This document shows, piece after piece, positions 11,673 to 26,940 of a DNA stretch of 64,000 bases. A program made the position numbers and the translations under genes. The notes under the pieces are model-generated. The model made no database searches. It was not told where the DNA came from and worked only from the letters and a program-made list of their open reading frames with translations. The stretch's first letter is position 1, and each line of letters starts with the position of its first letter. Source of the stretch: Octopus sinensis (Eukaryota). The stretch spans positions 17,918,001-17,982,000 of the forward strand of contig NC_043008.1 of NCBI RefSeq assembly GCF_006345805.1, read 5' to 3'.

Positions 11673-12619
11673 TTTTGATAATGTCGGAATTCATGTTTGT
11701 ATTAATGTACCTATTTTCCACCCTGTCTCTCAGAAACTTCAAAGATCGTTCGCTTGTAATAGATGTTGTTTTTTTTTTCAAATGTATATATATATATATC
11801 TTTTTTTCATAGACTCAAGTAACACTGAATTGCATAGTTGGACCAGCGAAATGATTTCGGTTTATGTGTTGAAGAACTTAAGTACTTAACGCCCCAAGGG
11901 TACACGTGAAAATATTTGATCTCTCCACGACTTTTCTAGTAGCTACGTTAGAACGGAGGGAAAATAATGATTGACGTAAGAAATAAAAATGTTTCATAAC
12001 ACGAGGTTTATTTATGTTTTTATATATCGATTTCCTATTTCATAGATTTATTTATTATTCAATGTACGTATTTACATATCACATTATCGTACTTGTACTT
12101 TTCTTCTTTTTTTTTTATTCAGGATATTACCAGCATTTCAACATGGCTGCTTCCTGAGCCCAATATAATTGTCTTCAATGCTATTGTTGACATAACTTCT
12201 TAAAAGCCAGTAAGTGCAAACGTAAATGTTGAGACCGATTCCGAATAATTCTTTACACACGAGGTTGTGTGTACGCAAGCATTGAATACTACATACATAC
12301 ATCCATACATACATACACACACACACACATAAGCATGTGTGTGTGTGTTTTTTCGTGAGTATGTATTGTATATATATATATATGTGTGTGTGTGTGCGTG
12401 TATGTGTGTGTGTGTGCGTGTATGTGTGTGTGTATTGTATGTGTATGTATATATATATATATATATATACAAGCATACAGGGATATATATATATGTGTAT
12501 ATATATATATATTTATATATATATATACATATATATGTATATATATATTTTTATATATATACATATATATGTATATATATATTTATATATGTATTTATAT
12601 ATATGCATATATATATATA

Positions 12620-12650
<31 letters not shown>

Positions 12651-13219
12651 TTGAATACACACATACGCATACAAACACATATTCAGACGCGCACTCTTGT
12701 TACATTTACATGTGTGTGTATTTCTGTATATGCGTGTATAAATCCTTAAATGTGAATGCGTATGACGTTTTGAGTGTGCATTTACCTTACTCGTATCTGT
12801 GTACAGATGAACGCATCACCCAATGTTTGTTTCTCTCTGTGTGTGCGCATAGTTGCAAGCGTGCGTGTTTCTCCTTATGATAAGCTAATATTTTGTATGA
12901 TAAGCTAATATTTTGTATTTTGCTCAAATGATATATATTTTGACGTAATTCTCCTACGAAGAATTGGAGCCGCATAAGTTACCGTTACATACATTTTTAA
13001 TAGTATATTTACAATTTCATATACACATGGCTCCTATGTATAAAATATTGAAAAATGATTATTTATACTATTTTAAACAAAAGGAAGTTCTTTAATATAT
13101 GCATGGATTTAAGTTTCTAGAAATGTGCAATATTTTATTAGTTGATGTTATTTCGCCTTCTTCATTTGGTTTATGAACATTTCTATCCACCGTGATGTTA
13201 TATGAGTGGGGTACCTCCC

Positions 13220-13362
13220 AAGTTATTTTACAGGGCTTAGAACTACAGGGCTGCCGCAATAAGTGTGTGTATATGAGAGGTTAATATGTTGAATATAATC
13301 AACATTAACTGATCCTGAATTTTCGGTTACCCAAAGCCAGGAACTTTTCAGCACTCCCTCGT
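13220..13362 (+). mobile_element. mariner 3'-end fragment with TIR
   Basis: LQGLELQGCRNKCVYMRG*YVE resembles the mariner transposase C-terminus; ends ccaggaacttttcagcactccctcg-TA, a mariner-type TIR plus TA. Confidence 0.65.
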
Positions 13363-15717
13363 AAATAACTTCCAATGAACTAAACAGATATGAGAATATA
13401 GGAGCAAATGTTAGAGAACTTTCTATTTCACCATTGACCTTTTGTTGGCGAAGCCAGTGTAAAGAGCTAACTATGCTTTGAATCAGCAACATAAGGGAAG
13501 AGTTGGCTCAAAATAGTGAGCTGGCAGAATTATTAGACACTCAAGTAGTATTGCTTTATACTAAGTCAAAATTATAAAATGCAATTGGTATAGCACTGCA
13601 AAACATTTTTCTTTTGTCATTGTTCACCATAATTTTTTTTCTAATTTTGAAATATTATTTCAAAATGTGAAATTTAAAATGTGTTCTTAACTTAGAAAAA
13701 TAGACTTAAAAATCGACTTATTAGGAGAAACCGAAAGATCAATGAATGATTTCTACTTGAACTATTTAGCGTTATTTGAAATATAAAATATTAATCATTA
13801 CCTAACTTTTGATTCAATTTAATTCAGTTACTTTTCAAAATGACTTGTTATGCTTTAAACCAACTAAGAAAGTTCCCGATAGTTTTTTGTTGTATTATTA
13901 TAGTAATCAATTTGACTATTATCACTGTAATCAATTTGGCAAGTCCAAGTTAGATTCAGTCTTATTAATCCTCTTCAGTAAAACACGGACTCCATCAAAG
14001 TTGCTGAAATAATAATAAGCGAGCCACTAATTACATATGTTACAGTGCATATTAACCAGTGTGAACAATTAGCAGATATAAAGAATAAAATCGCAGCTTA
14101 ATAAATCCTCATCGTCAATATTTTACGCAGGCTTTTCCAAACTGGCAGGGGTTAGAGGTGTTTTTGGACGTGGTGCTTCGCGGTATTATGCGTCCGGATA
14201 TTCTTCTTGTAGCCAACCATGTCGTTGCCCCTTTACAATATACAGCAACACAATATACCCTATTAGGAAAATGGAACACGCGCAGCATAGACAGGTTATA
14301 TACTCAAAGATGCCTTCATACACAAAAGCACACTAACAAACTCATGCGTCTTCTTAATGTGCTAAGTTATGATTTCATAGGAATTTGGTTGCTATTTCTG
14401 GCAGATCGGTTGAACGATTTATTTTCTCTTTAGCGTTTTTTTTTTCTGCGTTCAGTTTGAAAAACTAAATTCACTTTCGTTTAACAAGTGCCCCCTCTAC
14501 GGTAATTTAGAATAATGTTAAATTGAACAACAACTCACAAAGATTTAGATTTTTAATAAAGCCAACCCGTGAATCATTCGTAATAAATGTAAGAGGATTA
14601 ACTTTCTAACATTTCATCATTCTAGTGTATCTGTGAGTAGAGTGCTGATGTCTCGCATCTGTGGACAATTGATGCACGCTTTATACGTCGAAGCCTCAAT
14701 AATGTCTAATTCATCGACCCAAAATGGCTAATGGACATGTTTCTTTTTTAAAATACCCAATAAAATATTCCTCTGCTATCAAAAATTTAATCGCCAATTT
14801 TCACGCAGAGTGATTTTCAAATAAAAAATAATATTTTATTTCGGAATTATTTTCATTTATAATTTTATTCCGTCAGATTTCAATTTAGAAAAATACGATT
14901 CTTCTCCTGCTGAATCTAATTTTAAAAAATTTTTATTTTCTTTTAAAAAATTACTTTAGTTTGATGTTAGAATGAATTGATTTTTTACAATCTTGTAAAA
15001 TAAGTTAGTGAAATAGGATGGGGAAAGTGACGACTATTGAGGTCGGAATTCATGAGTTAGTACATTGTCTCCAACTTGTTGCTCTTCCTTTGCAAGCCAT
15101 TGAAATCATTCTCGAAGGTGCTCTGTAAGAAAACGAGCAAGATTACGATTTTAAGACGAATTCTGTGGTAACAAGCATCGAAGGTGTAACAGAGAGTGGA
15201 AAAATTTAAATCCTGTTGTTTCTTCGAAGTTTACATTATGCGACCCACATTCAAAACGGAATTAGTTTTCTAATAATATATCTGCACGCATATAACTATA
15301 TCGGGATCATACAACTGATATGTTGGGTGGTCATCCACCGCATGTTACTGCAAAACCCAGTCAACACAAATCACCTAGCCAGTCCACGACTTATTTCCTC
15401 ATAGACTGTAACATTATGAGCTGGTACACCAGGAGATTGCATAACTGAGAGAAAAATTTACATAAAAAGTAAAAGCAGCTCTAGTGTAATGAATACTATG
15501 AAATACATATACTAATGTATATGCATTGTGTATTTTCCGCCGGCTGCAGTGTCGTATCGGAGCAACGCTCTTCTTCAGAAACAGGAGACAGAGCAAAGTC
15601 CAAGAGAAAAGGAAGACGGAGGGAAAAGATGGCCAGCGATTCACATGTGGTTACACACACACACACACACACACACAACACACACACACACACACACACA
15701 CACAGATATATATAAAT

Positions 15718-15822
15718 ATGACGGGTTTCTTTCAGATTCCTTCTGCTAAATCCATTCACACGGACTTAGTCAGCCCTAGGCTATAGTTGAAGACACTTGC
15801 TTATGGCACCATGCAGTGGGAT
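15718..15822 (-). mobile_element. SINE family B, 5' half fragment
   Basis: gacgggtttctttcag..ctatagttgaagacacttgc..ccatgcagtggga. Confidence 0.7.
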
Positions 15823-16998
15823 ATCTTGACCTCATCATTTACCTTCAGTATTTCACGTATTTTCGACGATCTTTGTAATGGCAATCTTCATGATTATATC
15901 AATCGTTCATGTTCTCTTCTCTCCTTCAAGCTTCTCTTTATATAAATTCTGGAAAACATTATCTATGTATTCAGGAATGGTCATTTTGCCAGTTTAGCCA
16001 ATAAAAATCTTCCAAAACAAATAAATAAACGTAATTATCTATGTAGATATCTTTTAAGTATATAAAATAATTTTATGTACATACGCACATCTCCCTTTAG
16101 TACTAACCCTCATTAGCTGGCAGTCACAATTAAGGTATGTTTTTGTTTTGTTTTGTCTTCTTTTACTTCGATTCCTAAGAATTTATTTCGTTTGCAGTGG
16201 CGGACAAATGCGAGTTGTATAAAAGACAGGTCGGACAGACAGGTTTGCACGTAATGACTTTGTACGTAGAGAAGTATATAAGAGAAGTTTGTCAAGATTC
16301 TGTAAATTACTACGCTTTATCTCTCAACAAATAGATTTTTTTAAACCGTTGCATACAAATATAGCAGTAACAAAAACAAAATGAACACCGGGAGTGAATG
16401 CATATTTCATAGTTTACGAAAACCGAATTGCGTAATAGACAGCAGGAGATTTGAGATTTCTTCACTGAAAAAAACACAATTTTTTTTATCATATTAAATT
16501 AGGCAAAACCTTATTCTAGACAAGATGCTTTTGTTAAAAAGGAATCAATTAGTCCTAGAAATGTATGCCATTCATAATACGTTAATAATACACATTCTAA
16601 AATTTCACAACCCAATCGGTATTTCTTCCTGAATTTAGACAAGTTCGATATTTTGCAGAATCTAAAATATTTGAATATTGAAAAAAAGCTCGGTAACGAT
16701 AAATATATCAATAACTTATAACTTACAAAGAAAAACAAATCGATAACACGAAGAAAACGGTATAGTATTATTGATTGTATTATTTTTCCTTAAATATATT
16801 TTACAATGTCACAGTCTATAACGACTATAGAAATATTTTATAAGAAATTGGCACTATTATGTGAGCATTGTTATATGCCAAGTAACTGAAGGTTTAATGT
16901 TATTTAAAGAAGATTTACAGACATTTGTACATAAGAAAAAAATATACGTGCATAAACACACAACTATATACATCCGCACAAGTACGCCCACTCACACA

Positions 16999-17043
<45 letters not shown>

Positions 17044-17058
17044 TTGAGTGAGTGTATT

Positions 17059-17095
<37 letters not shown>

Positions 17096-17104
17096 TATAT
17101 ATAT

Positions 17105-17332
17105 ACTCTTTTACTTATTTCAGTCATTTGACTGCGACCATGCTGGAGCACCGCTTTCAGTCGAGCAAATCGACCGCAGGGCTTATTCTTTGTGAGCTTA
17201 GTACTTATCATATCGGTCTCTTTTGCCGAACCGCTAACTTACGTGGACGTAAACACACCAGCATCTGTTGTCAAGCGATGTTGGCGGACAAACACAGACG
17301 CACAAACGCAAACACATACACACACATACATA

Positions 17333-17404
<72 letters not shown>

Positions 17405-17468
17405 TACATACATACATACATACATGCATACATACATACATACATACATACATACATACATACATACA

Positions 17469-17502
<34 letters not shown>

Positions 17503-17595
17503 CGACGGGCTTCTTTAACTTTCCGTCTACGAAATCCACTCACAAGTCTTTGGTCTGCCCGAGACTATAGTAGAAGACACTTTTCCAAGGTCCAT
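17105..17595 (-). mobile_element. SINE family B with expanded internal (TA)n/(TACA)n microsatellite
   Basis: 3' half at 17105-17310 and 5' half at 17500-17595 flank about 190 bp of microsatellite. Confidence 0.85.
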
Positions 17596-19682
17596 GAACA
17601 ATGTCTTTTTCTAAGTGCTACATTATTTATTATATGAATTAAAAGCATATGGCTTATATATTACATATACATTAGATACAGAAATTCGTGCAAAATATAC
17701 AACAGCAAACACACCAGCTAACGCGGTTAACCTCTTCTTTACTATGTAGTCGAACATCAGAAAGTGAGCGCAACAGAATAATTGTTACAAGAAATATAGA
17801 GGTGTTTTTATTACAACAATGGTTCACAAGTTTGAGTAGCATCTATATTTATAAGTAAACTACTCCATTACTTTGAATAATACTAATATTTCTCCAAACC
17901 TATTGAACAAAAAATTACTATGCAACGAAATAAAGTAAATAATCCAGAGAAAGGAATTGTTTCTCAAAATACACATGTAGAGAACAGATGCAGATTTTGC
18001 TTTGGATTCCTCCTATGCCTGATAATAAGAATTGATAAATATTTTCTTGTCTCTTTGTGAATTAAAATGATACAAATACGTGTACGTCATATTCCAAAGT
18101 CTCTGGGGTTTCAGTGTAAACAGTTATATGAAAGCGACACCTGAGGAGCCTGGAAAAGTTTGTCTACAAAATCGCGATTTAATAAAAGTATACGGTTGAT
18201 TAAAATATATAAAAATCTGGAATGAAAGGAAAATTTTCAAACATACGAGGCTGCTATTCAATGTTTTTTCCACAAATTTTAGTTAATACGGATTTATGTA
18301 TTTAGAGAAAGCTAAAATATCCACATATATATGTGGCATGGATCTCGTAAACAGATTACCAAATAGTTCTTTACTACACGGTATCTATTGGATGAGATGT
18401 TACAGTTCAAACGATTCAATCCGAATGACTGCCGGTGAAACGCATTGTTGCACCAATTTCAACTTCACATACTAAATAATTAAACGTGTGACAATAAAAG
18501 AATCAGTACGCGTCTCTTAACGCGCCAGCTAAAAATAGCAGTCGCACCACATTTGAATCACATAGTACAGTCTTAATAAAATCAGCGGATAATGCAAACC
18601 GCAGAATGTTTGACGTAAATATAGAAAAACTGAATAATTGTGGTTTTGGGTTAATTTTCTGATATAGATCACGTTCGATTAGAGATCACGTGTGCACAAC
18701 CAATTACAAGTAATGGACAATATATAAGACACTGTACTGAACTGACCACTTAACAGATCAATTAAATTAATATTGGATTACTACTGCTCATAGAAGGCAA
18801 CTTATTTAATAGAATTTCACAGAACTAATAATCTACTTTGGCGGTCACACGAAAGAAGAAAATCATTAAAAACAAAAAAGGAATAAAGCGGGATAATTTT
18901 GGAATTATAAAAAACAAATCCTAACGTAGAAGCATTGAATTATAAACCACTGATATATGTATTTAGATTTTCAAATATGCGAGTGAGTGGCCAAAGGAGA
19001 TCGCTGCAAACACACACACATACATATATACATGCATGCACACACATACACGTGCACACATACACATACACAGATAATTATATATTATATTGTTGCATTT
19101 CGAGATGGTAATTTTCTTTTTTTACCTTTTTGCCAACTAAACACACGCACTATATTGCTTTTCACTCGTTTATTACTGTTTTTTCTCACTGTCCTGTTCT
19201 TGTTACCTCTTTCACCCTGCGCAAAAAATCCCATTTTTATTTAATTTGCTTTGCGGGAAGAATTGTTTCGAGGAAGTCGCGTATTGTCTTTCCCATCGCA
19301 ACGCGGAGTAGATGAAACAGGGACAACTGAAGAAGGGGAATATTCTTTATGTTGCATGTCTCGTTTCTCTGTTGTTGTTTTTTTCGTTGTTCGAAGAAAA
19401 GTTTGTTTCTATGTTTTTCTTTTACGTTTTCGTTTATCATTGTGTTCAACGTTTTTTGATATCCTGTAGCCATATATGCATGTATATATGCATATATATG
19501 TAGGTATGTACATATATGTATGTATATATGCATATAATTATATATTATTTATATTATTATATGATCGAACGCCACGCATCTTTTCCAAGTATAAACATAT
19601 ATATATATTGTCCGAAGTCAGGACGCCATGATAGATCGTTAGCTCCTACACACATTTTTCTCTCCTTGTTTTTTTCTGTGTA

Positions 19683-19720
19683 TCTTTCCGTCGACGAGCG
19701 TAGGCTCGAAACGTAAAAGA
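19683..19720 (+). ncRNA. Hammerhead-like motif in short repeat 19590-19815 (same family as 4337-4460)
   Basis: TCTTT-CCGTCGA-C-GAGC-gtag-GCTC-GAA-ACGT-A-AAAGA; all three stems are intact, the core is variant. Confidence 0.55.
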
Positions 19721-20754
19721 CTTTTTCTATTCTTGAGCGCTATACGAATACATTTGTTTGTTTGTACTCCACCTGCCTTCGTCTTTTGTTTATTTTCGTA
19801 AACTTTGCCTTTATATATATATATATATATATATGCATATATATATATATATATAAGGCAAAGGAAAAAGGAAATGTAATCACTTCAATAGAAGAATTTC
19901 TCCATCCTTAACAATTTCCTTCTATTAATTTAAAATATTTCGTTCTAGAGCCATATACATATCCGCGCCATATTTCAAGAGGCATACTTACCTTTCTACA
20001 GAGATATACTTAGCCTGATATTTGACAACAACCTTTATTGGGATTTAATTTTCGAAATAAAAAGAAGAAAGTTCCCTGACTTTTCAGGACCTTCTCCATG
20101 TAACTTTCAAATATACTGAAGTAAGTCTGTATCTTAAATGTCCAAAATCGTAAGCCCCACTCCATTTTATTCATACCTAGTGTTGCTTCATAAATTTAGA
20201 ATCTCAGGAATTACAAATGGGAATGCATCCTGGAGAAAAGGACGTTTCAATTTACATTTATAATATCTAGTATACCCTAAATCTGTTACTAATTTGTCCA
20301 TCAGCAAACTAAATGCCGTCACGTTCAGCAAATTTCACTACTAAACATATTTTACCTTTTAATAGTTTTCAATTCTCTATAAATGGGTACGATGAAAGAG
20401 TTTGCGGTCAATATATGTAAAAAGGAATACGATGCACGAACAGGAAATTGGTACAGATTATCATTGGAAAAAGTTCCAAAGACTTTCGAAATGAAATCCG
20501 TAGAATTGAAAACAAACACAAAATCTGAGAGAAGTCACAATAATAAAAACGGGGTCAGCCATCTGTATTTGCGTGCTCTGAATGCATACATACTTTAAAA
20601 GCCATGATTGAATTCATAAGGCAATTAAGAATCTATGAAGAGTACAATGGGGGTGAAAACATCCTGAAAGCCAGACTCAAAGGATAACCATATCATCAAC
20701 TCTTGATATTGTTGTTATTAGAATTAATTTTCTATCTCCTTATATATATATATA

Positions 20755-21090
20755 TTGGCTCAGTGGTTAGAGCGTCGAGCTTACGATCGTGAGGTTGTGA
20801 GCTCGAATCCCGGACCGGGCTGCGTGTTGTGTTCTTGAGCAAGGCACTTTATTTCACGTTGCTCCAGTTCACTCAGCTGTAGAAATGAGTTGCGACGTCA
20901 CTGGTGCCAAGCTGTATCGGCCCCTTTGCCTTTCCCTTGGATAACACTGGTGGCGTGGAGAGGGGAGGCTGGTATGCATGGGCGACTGCTGGTCTTCCAT
21001 AAACAACCTTGCCCGGACTTGTGTCTAGGAGGGTAACTTTCTAGGTGCAATCCCATGGTCATTCATGACCGAAGGGGGTCTTTACCCCTT
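20755..21090 (+). mobile_element. SINE family E
   Basis: tggctcagtggttagagcgtcgagcttacgatcgtgaggttgtgagctcgaatcccggaccggg tRNA-like head; a second copy is at 43148-43455. Confidence 0.85.
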
Positions 21091-21113
21091 TATATATTTA
21101 CAAACACACACAG

Positions 21114-21145
<32 letters not shown>

Positions 21146-21294
21146 GAATTGCTAGTAATCACAAAGCATTTCTTTTTGTACCTATAATATATTAGCAAAG
21201 ATATTAAAGGTTTATAAATCAATATTGTGTCAGACGTTTGTGCTAGCAGTGCCACATTATCCTTTAAAAATAATATCTGTTGAGATAAACATAG

Positions 21295-21386
<92 letters not shown>

Positions 21387-22105
21387 TTATATACATACAT
21401 ACATACATACATACATACATACACACATACATACATACATACATACATACATACATACATACATACATAAGTACGTACATACATAGATAGGTGTGCGTAT
21501 GTGAGTCTCTGCGTGGAGGGAGAAGTGTACATTCGAAGTTAAAGTCGACGACGTAAATATCATCTTATTGTCTTCTTACACTCCAGCTAAACATTCACAA
21601 ACTAAATCGAGTTGGTAAAAATAGCAAGAAATAATGAATATCTATAACGGGTAATTAATGACTAAGCTATCTCTCCTTCCTCTTGATATAGAATATATTG
21701 TATTGACAAAGACCCATTGAGATAAAATTAGAGCAAAGATGTTAACGTTTTATCAGTAAACAATAACTTACAAAGCAATCTTAATAGCTTATAGTCACAA
21801 AGCAGTTAGGAAATAAAGCTACAGATTTAGATGAATTACAAAGAATTACATGACATGTTTTCAATTGTTTCGGACCATATATTTCCGGGCATACATGGAG
21901 AACTGCATAAGAAATGTAGAACAATCCATTTAAATAAATACATACTCATCATCTTGTTCACTATAGATATTTTCTTTTTCTATAATGCCACAAACATGCA
22001 CACATATGTATTTGTGCGAGTGTGAACATACGTATTTGTATATATGTAGAAAAAGAATATCATATATAAATATATATATATAAATACATGTATGTATATA
22101 TATAA

Positions 22106-22144
<39 letters not shown>

Positions 22145-22839
22145 CATATGTATATATGTATATATATACAGTATATATGTATATATATGTATATATATAT
22201 ATATGTATGTATATATATGTATATATGTGTATATATATATGTATATGCATGTGTATATACATATGTACATACATATTCAATATGTATTTATGTATATACA
22301 TATACATATGTATACATGTATGTACATACATAGCCATATATATATACATGTGTATAAATACATATATATATACATACCTGTACACACTCTCTCTCACTCT
22401 CACACGCACACACACACACAGATATATATACATAAATGCACACAAAAGACACAGCTACAAATTCTTGTTTCTATATGGGCACATGATGTATACTTTCTAT
22501 ATCTGCGTACGGTGTACAGAAAAGCACTGAGTTTATTTGCCACCATATCTGGTAATATTATTATGTACATTCTATCTCTGAACAAATGCCAATGTGGAGG
22601 AACTGACAATGTCATATCAACGTTTATTTTTAAATATATTGTCCAACGCCGGTAAGAATAACAGACATTGTTTGATCTTTACGAACATAATGTTCTCTTA
22701 GATAGCAGAACCTCTATTTTTTCCTATATTTTTATGTGTAAATGAACAATGTAGAAGAAAAATGTATATTACGCTTATCTTTCTTTCTATCGTTTTCCTA
22801 TATATATATTATATATTATATATATATATATATATATAT

Positions 22840-22890
<51 letters not shown>

Positions 22891-23321
22891 GTTTGTTTTT
22901 GTTTTGTCTATTTTCCTCTGTTTTTCTGTGGTTTACATTATTTTGAAGTTATCGCCACTCAATGAAAGACAAATAAATTTAGTGATCACCTATATCTATT
23001 TACGCACAAAGGAACACACAATATAGACATTTATAAACACAGGCATACACATATAGATACATACATATGTGTGCGTTTGTGAGTTTTTGTGTGCATATAT
23101 GTGTGTATGTGTGTGTATGAGTATTGTCTCTATGGGAGTGCTTTGTATCTTGTGAAAAGAGAATCGAGTTATATTCAACAAACGCTGTATTCTATTGGAA
23201 TAGTTCGAATCAACGCAAAAACAAGGCGATAAAATATGCCTGATTAAATATTGATGAATATGCAGGATTAAAGGCAGAGACACATCACGCGGCACAAGTT
23301 TTATATGACCACAAAGGTGGT

Positions 23322-23357
<36 letters not shown>

Positions 23358-23630
23358 CAACGGACTTCTTTCAGCTTCCGTCTACCAAATCCACTCACAA
23401 GGCTTTGGTCGGTCCAAGGTTATGGTAGTAACACTTGTCCAATGTGCCATGCAGTGGGACTGAACCTGGAACCATGAGGTTGGGCAGCAACCGAGGCGAG
23501 TGTCTTCTACTATAGTCTGTGGCCGACCTCAGACTTGTTAGTAGATTTGGAAGACGGAAACTGAAAGACGCCCGTCGTATGTATATAGTTATGTGTGTTT
23601 ATTGCAACCGATGTTGGTGTGTTTATGTTA
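23358..23630. mobile_element. Two SINE-B 5' fragments arranged head-to-head
   Basis: 23358-23490 (-) and 23497-23630 (+) share cttctttcag(c)ttccgtctaccaaatcc / gatttggaagacggaaactgaaagacgcccgtcg in opposite orientation. Confidence 0.75.
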
Positions 23631-23966
23631 TGTCGCAATACTATACAGTGGCTGTGTGTGCTTCGAAATCCTCGTCGCCAGTGTTATGTCGCACGTTCAG
23701 ATGCCTTCTACTCAACTCGACTTCTCTACTCTCTACCCACTACTCAACTCTGTTCTAGTATACACTGCTGACGGCTAAGCTTCTCCCTATATATCTACGT
23801 ATTGGGCTAGCCTACTTCATCGTCTGGGGGCGTCCACACAAAAAAATCTAAATGGCAGACTTAACAAACCATTGAACAATTTATCACAGCAGTAAACTCA
23901 AAGCACAAGCCTTTTTACGGGTTCGAATACGCCTCAAGTATATTTGAACTGGTTACAATTATATAT

Positions 23967-24310
23967 TTTACTTGTTTCTGTCATTAGACAGCGGCCATGA
24001 TGGAGCAACACCTTGAAATATTTTTATTCGAATGAATCGACACCAGTGTTTTTGTTTTGAAGCCTGATACATATTTTATCAATCTATTTTTCTAAAACGC
24101 TAAGTTGCATGGACGTAAACACACTATCACTGGCTGTCATGTGTTGGGGGTACAAACACAGACATACACACATGCATATGTATGTGTATACGACGAATTC
24201 TTACAGTTTCCGTCTCTCAAATCTATTCACATGTTAGCCAGAAACTATAGAGAAATTATAGAAGATTGAAACCGGTACCGTATGGTTTACAAACAGGCTT
24301 CTTACCACAC
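23967..24310 (-). mobile_element. SINE family B, diverged
   Basis: tttacttgtttctgtcattagacagcggccatgatggagc..gtttccgtctctcaaatc..cttcttaccacac. Confidence 0.7.
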
Positions 24311-25634
24311 ATTGGTATCAAATAAGCAAATTTACTAGTGGATACTTACTGGCAACTCACATATAGTAAAACATTAAGACAAGGACAATCACGGCCTTAT
24401 ACATACACTCGTACATACACGGGTAATTAAAATAAGGTGAAAGATAATATATTGATGAAATTATTTCATGTTTATTTCTTGTGTTGCTGGTATCGATAAA
24501 TTTTCCACTTTTACTTTCCTTCATATTTTAGGCATTATTGAAAATATACTGGTACAGTCTTTTAAAGAGATAGCCGCTTCTAGCCATGAAATAAGATCTC
24601 ATACATGATAGGTAAGTGGTGTGAGACTTCGAATTCCTTGTAGCACTGATATTCGCTGATTGAGGCATTCGATACCACAGGTTTCAGCTAAAACACTCAT
24701 GTCCGAAATTTATTTTACTACTTAAATGTATATCAATATATCATCAAACAGATAATGCAAGTATAAGTTTTATGATATTTGTTATATTCTTACGAACGTG
24801 GATATACTGTTGAAAGCCCCAGTACTACAATATTCGTCTTCAGATAGTATCTCGTACAGATGTCTTCTACATATACACTTCTGTACAATTTAGCAGTTTC
24901 TTTGGCTTTCTGCAGTATATCCACGATAATCTGAACTAATTTCGCTAATAACGAATATTTTAAAAGCTTTCAAATGTAAATATTAGAAAGATTTCTGGTG
25001 ACTAGCTACAGTCTCTGACATTGATGTTTATTTATTTTTGGGACCAGTTTCGATAAAGACCATGCATTTTCGTTTCGATAAAGACAATGCATTTTATTGA
25101 GAGGCGTAGCTGTAACTTACAATGTTACAAAATATCAGAGTTGCAAAGATACAAAATATCAGAGTTCGTAACACCATTTCCATTTGGTATGAATATATTT
25201 CTAGAAAAAAACATTATTGTTGGCTTTGCAAGTTGAAAGTTACAAAAAATAATATAGTAGTTTTATATATTTTATAACTATTCACAGCATCGCCACATTA
25301 TTGCTAATATATAGCAAAGAATATTAAAATTAAAGGAAATATAATTTTTCTATTATAAATCAGCTACAGAAAAATTATCAATTTTCATACATCCAATACG
25401 CCGTGTTTGGGATAAAATAATAAAAAGCTTACGTGATGTTTAAATTCGTAATCTTCTTACAGATTTTAATACATAGCTGGGAGCAAGGCGTATTCTTACT
25501 TATAGTATTGTGTACATAAGTATGTATGTATGCATGCATGTATGTGTGTATGTATGCATACATGAATGTCTGTATGCATGCATGCATGTAAGTGAAGGTG
25601 TGGGCTTCTGTGCGTTTGTGTGTTTCTGTATGTG

Positions 25635-25667
<33 letters not shown>

Positions 25668-25682
25668 TTGTATGTGTGTGTA

Positions 25683-25729
<47 letters not shown>

Positions 25730-26144
25730 GTATGTATGCGTATACACACTCGTTTCAGATGGATGTAGATACAGCCATCTACATATTAGAAGTGTATGAG
25801 CTTATATGTATATGTGAGTGTATATGTATTAAATATACATATATGAACATAGAAATGAATATATAAATGTATATATGTACATATGTTTATATCTATAATA
25901 TATATATATATATCTATATATATAAATATAAATACTCACCCACACACTCACATACACACACACACGCGCGCATACAAACACACACACACACTCCACAAAA
26001 ATTTCAAGTTATGTTATATAGAATATTTGAAACTAGTGTAAAATAATTTTCTTTAAAATATTAGATTCGAAGTAATTTACAAGACTAAACAGAAGGCCAT
26101 AGGGTATTTAATGATGATTATAATTATGATGATTAACTAACAAA

Positions 26145-26146
26145 AT

Positions 26147-26219
<73 letters not shown>

Positions 26220-26245
26220 TTAATAATGATAATAATAATAACAGT
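26145..26245. repeat. (AAT)n microsatellite
   Basis: Visible array. Confidence 0.95.
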
Positions 26246-26940
26246 GTTAAAAATTCATAACATTATTAAAATTTATTTTTGTTATTGATGTTTATTTTTT
26301 TATATATTTGGAAGGGCGGAATATATTTAATTCACATATATGTACGTTTATAAAATATATTTTATTGATTGCAAGATAAGCCGAAAATGATTTCGGCTGT
26401 ATTTATTTACAAAAAAGTTTATCCCATATAAAGATATCCTGAGGTGAACCGTAAAGACCATCCTTAAACCATTCACCTAACTTACAAAAATTCCCTCCTG
26501 TATGATTTAAAGCGCTTTATTTCAACTTACAGTAAAATGGCAATGGAAAACTAATATATAGATTATTATAAACTGTAAACAAATTTTCAGACATTACTTT
26601 GTTTCTAACATAAACTCTAATTAACACTCTATCGACAAAAAAGTATACGCATTTATTTTTTTTCTATATCTGCGTTTACCTATAAATCTATTTTCAGTTT
26701 TTGTATATACGTTTTTCCTCAATCTCCACCTCCATCTCTACGTCATTTCATAAACTTTTATCTGTCTGTCTGTGTGTGCATGTGTGCGTGCGAGTGTCTG
26801 TTTATGTGTGAGTTGTATGCGTGTGTATGTATGTGTGTAGATACGTAGATTTAAAAAGCTCACTTAGCAAATATGGCATTCTCTTTTGGTTCGAACTTGT
26901 GCAATAGTTTTTGGGGGGTTTTTTGTTACCATTTTCTGGT

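Noticed and set aside
15057-15122. Cadherin-like C-terminal tail (..KLETMY)
   Set aside because: Resemblance to KLADMY is limited to four residues and no other cadherin exons were found.
20383-20598. 71-aa ORF with protein-like composition
   Set aside because: No recognisable motif, splice context or paralog; within chance expectation.
24262-24285. gaaaccggtac resembling a hammerhead 3' half
   Set aside because: Explained as the diverged B-box region of an antisense SINE-B head.
24230-25000. Non-repetitive stretch considered as a further LRR/TM relic
   Set aside because: Translations gave no convincing LxxLxLxxN or TIR motifs.
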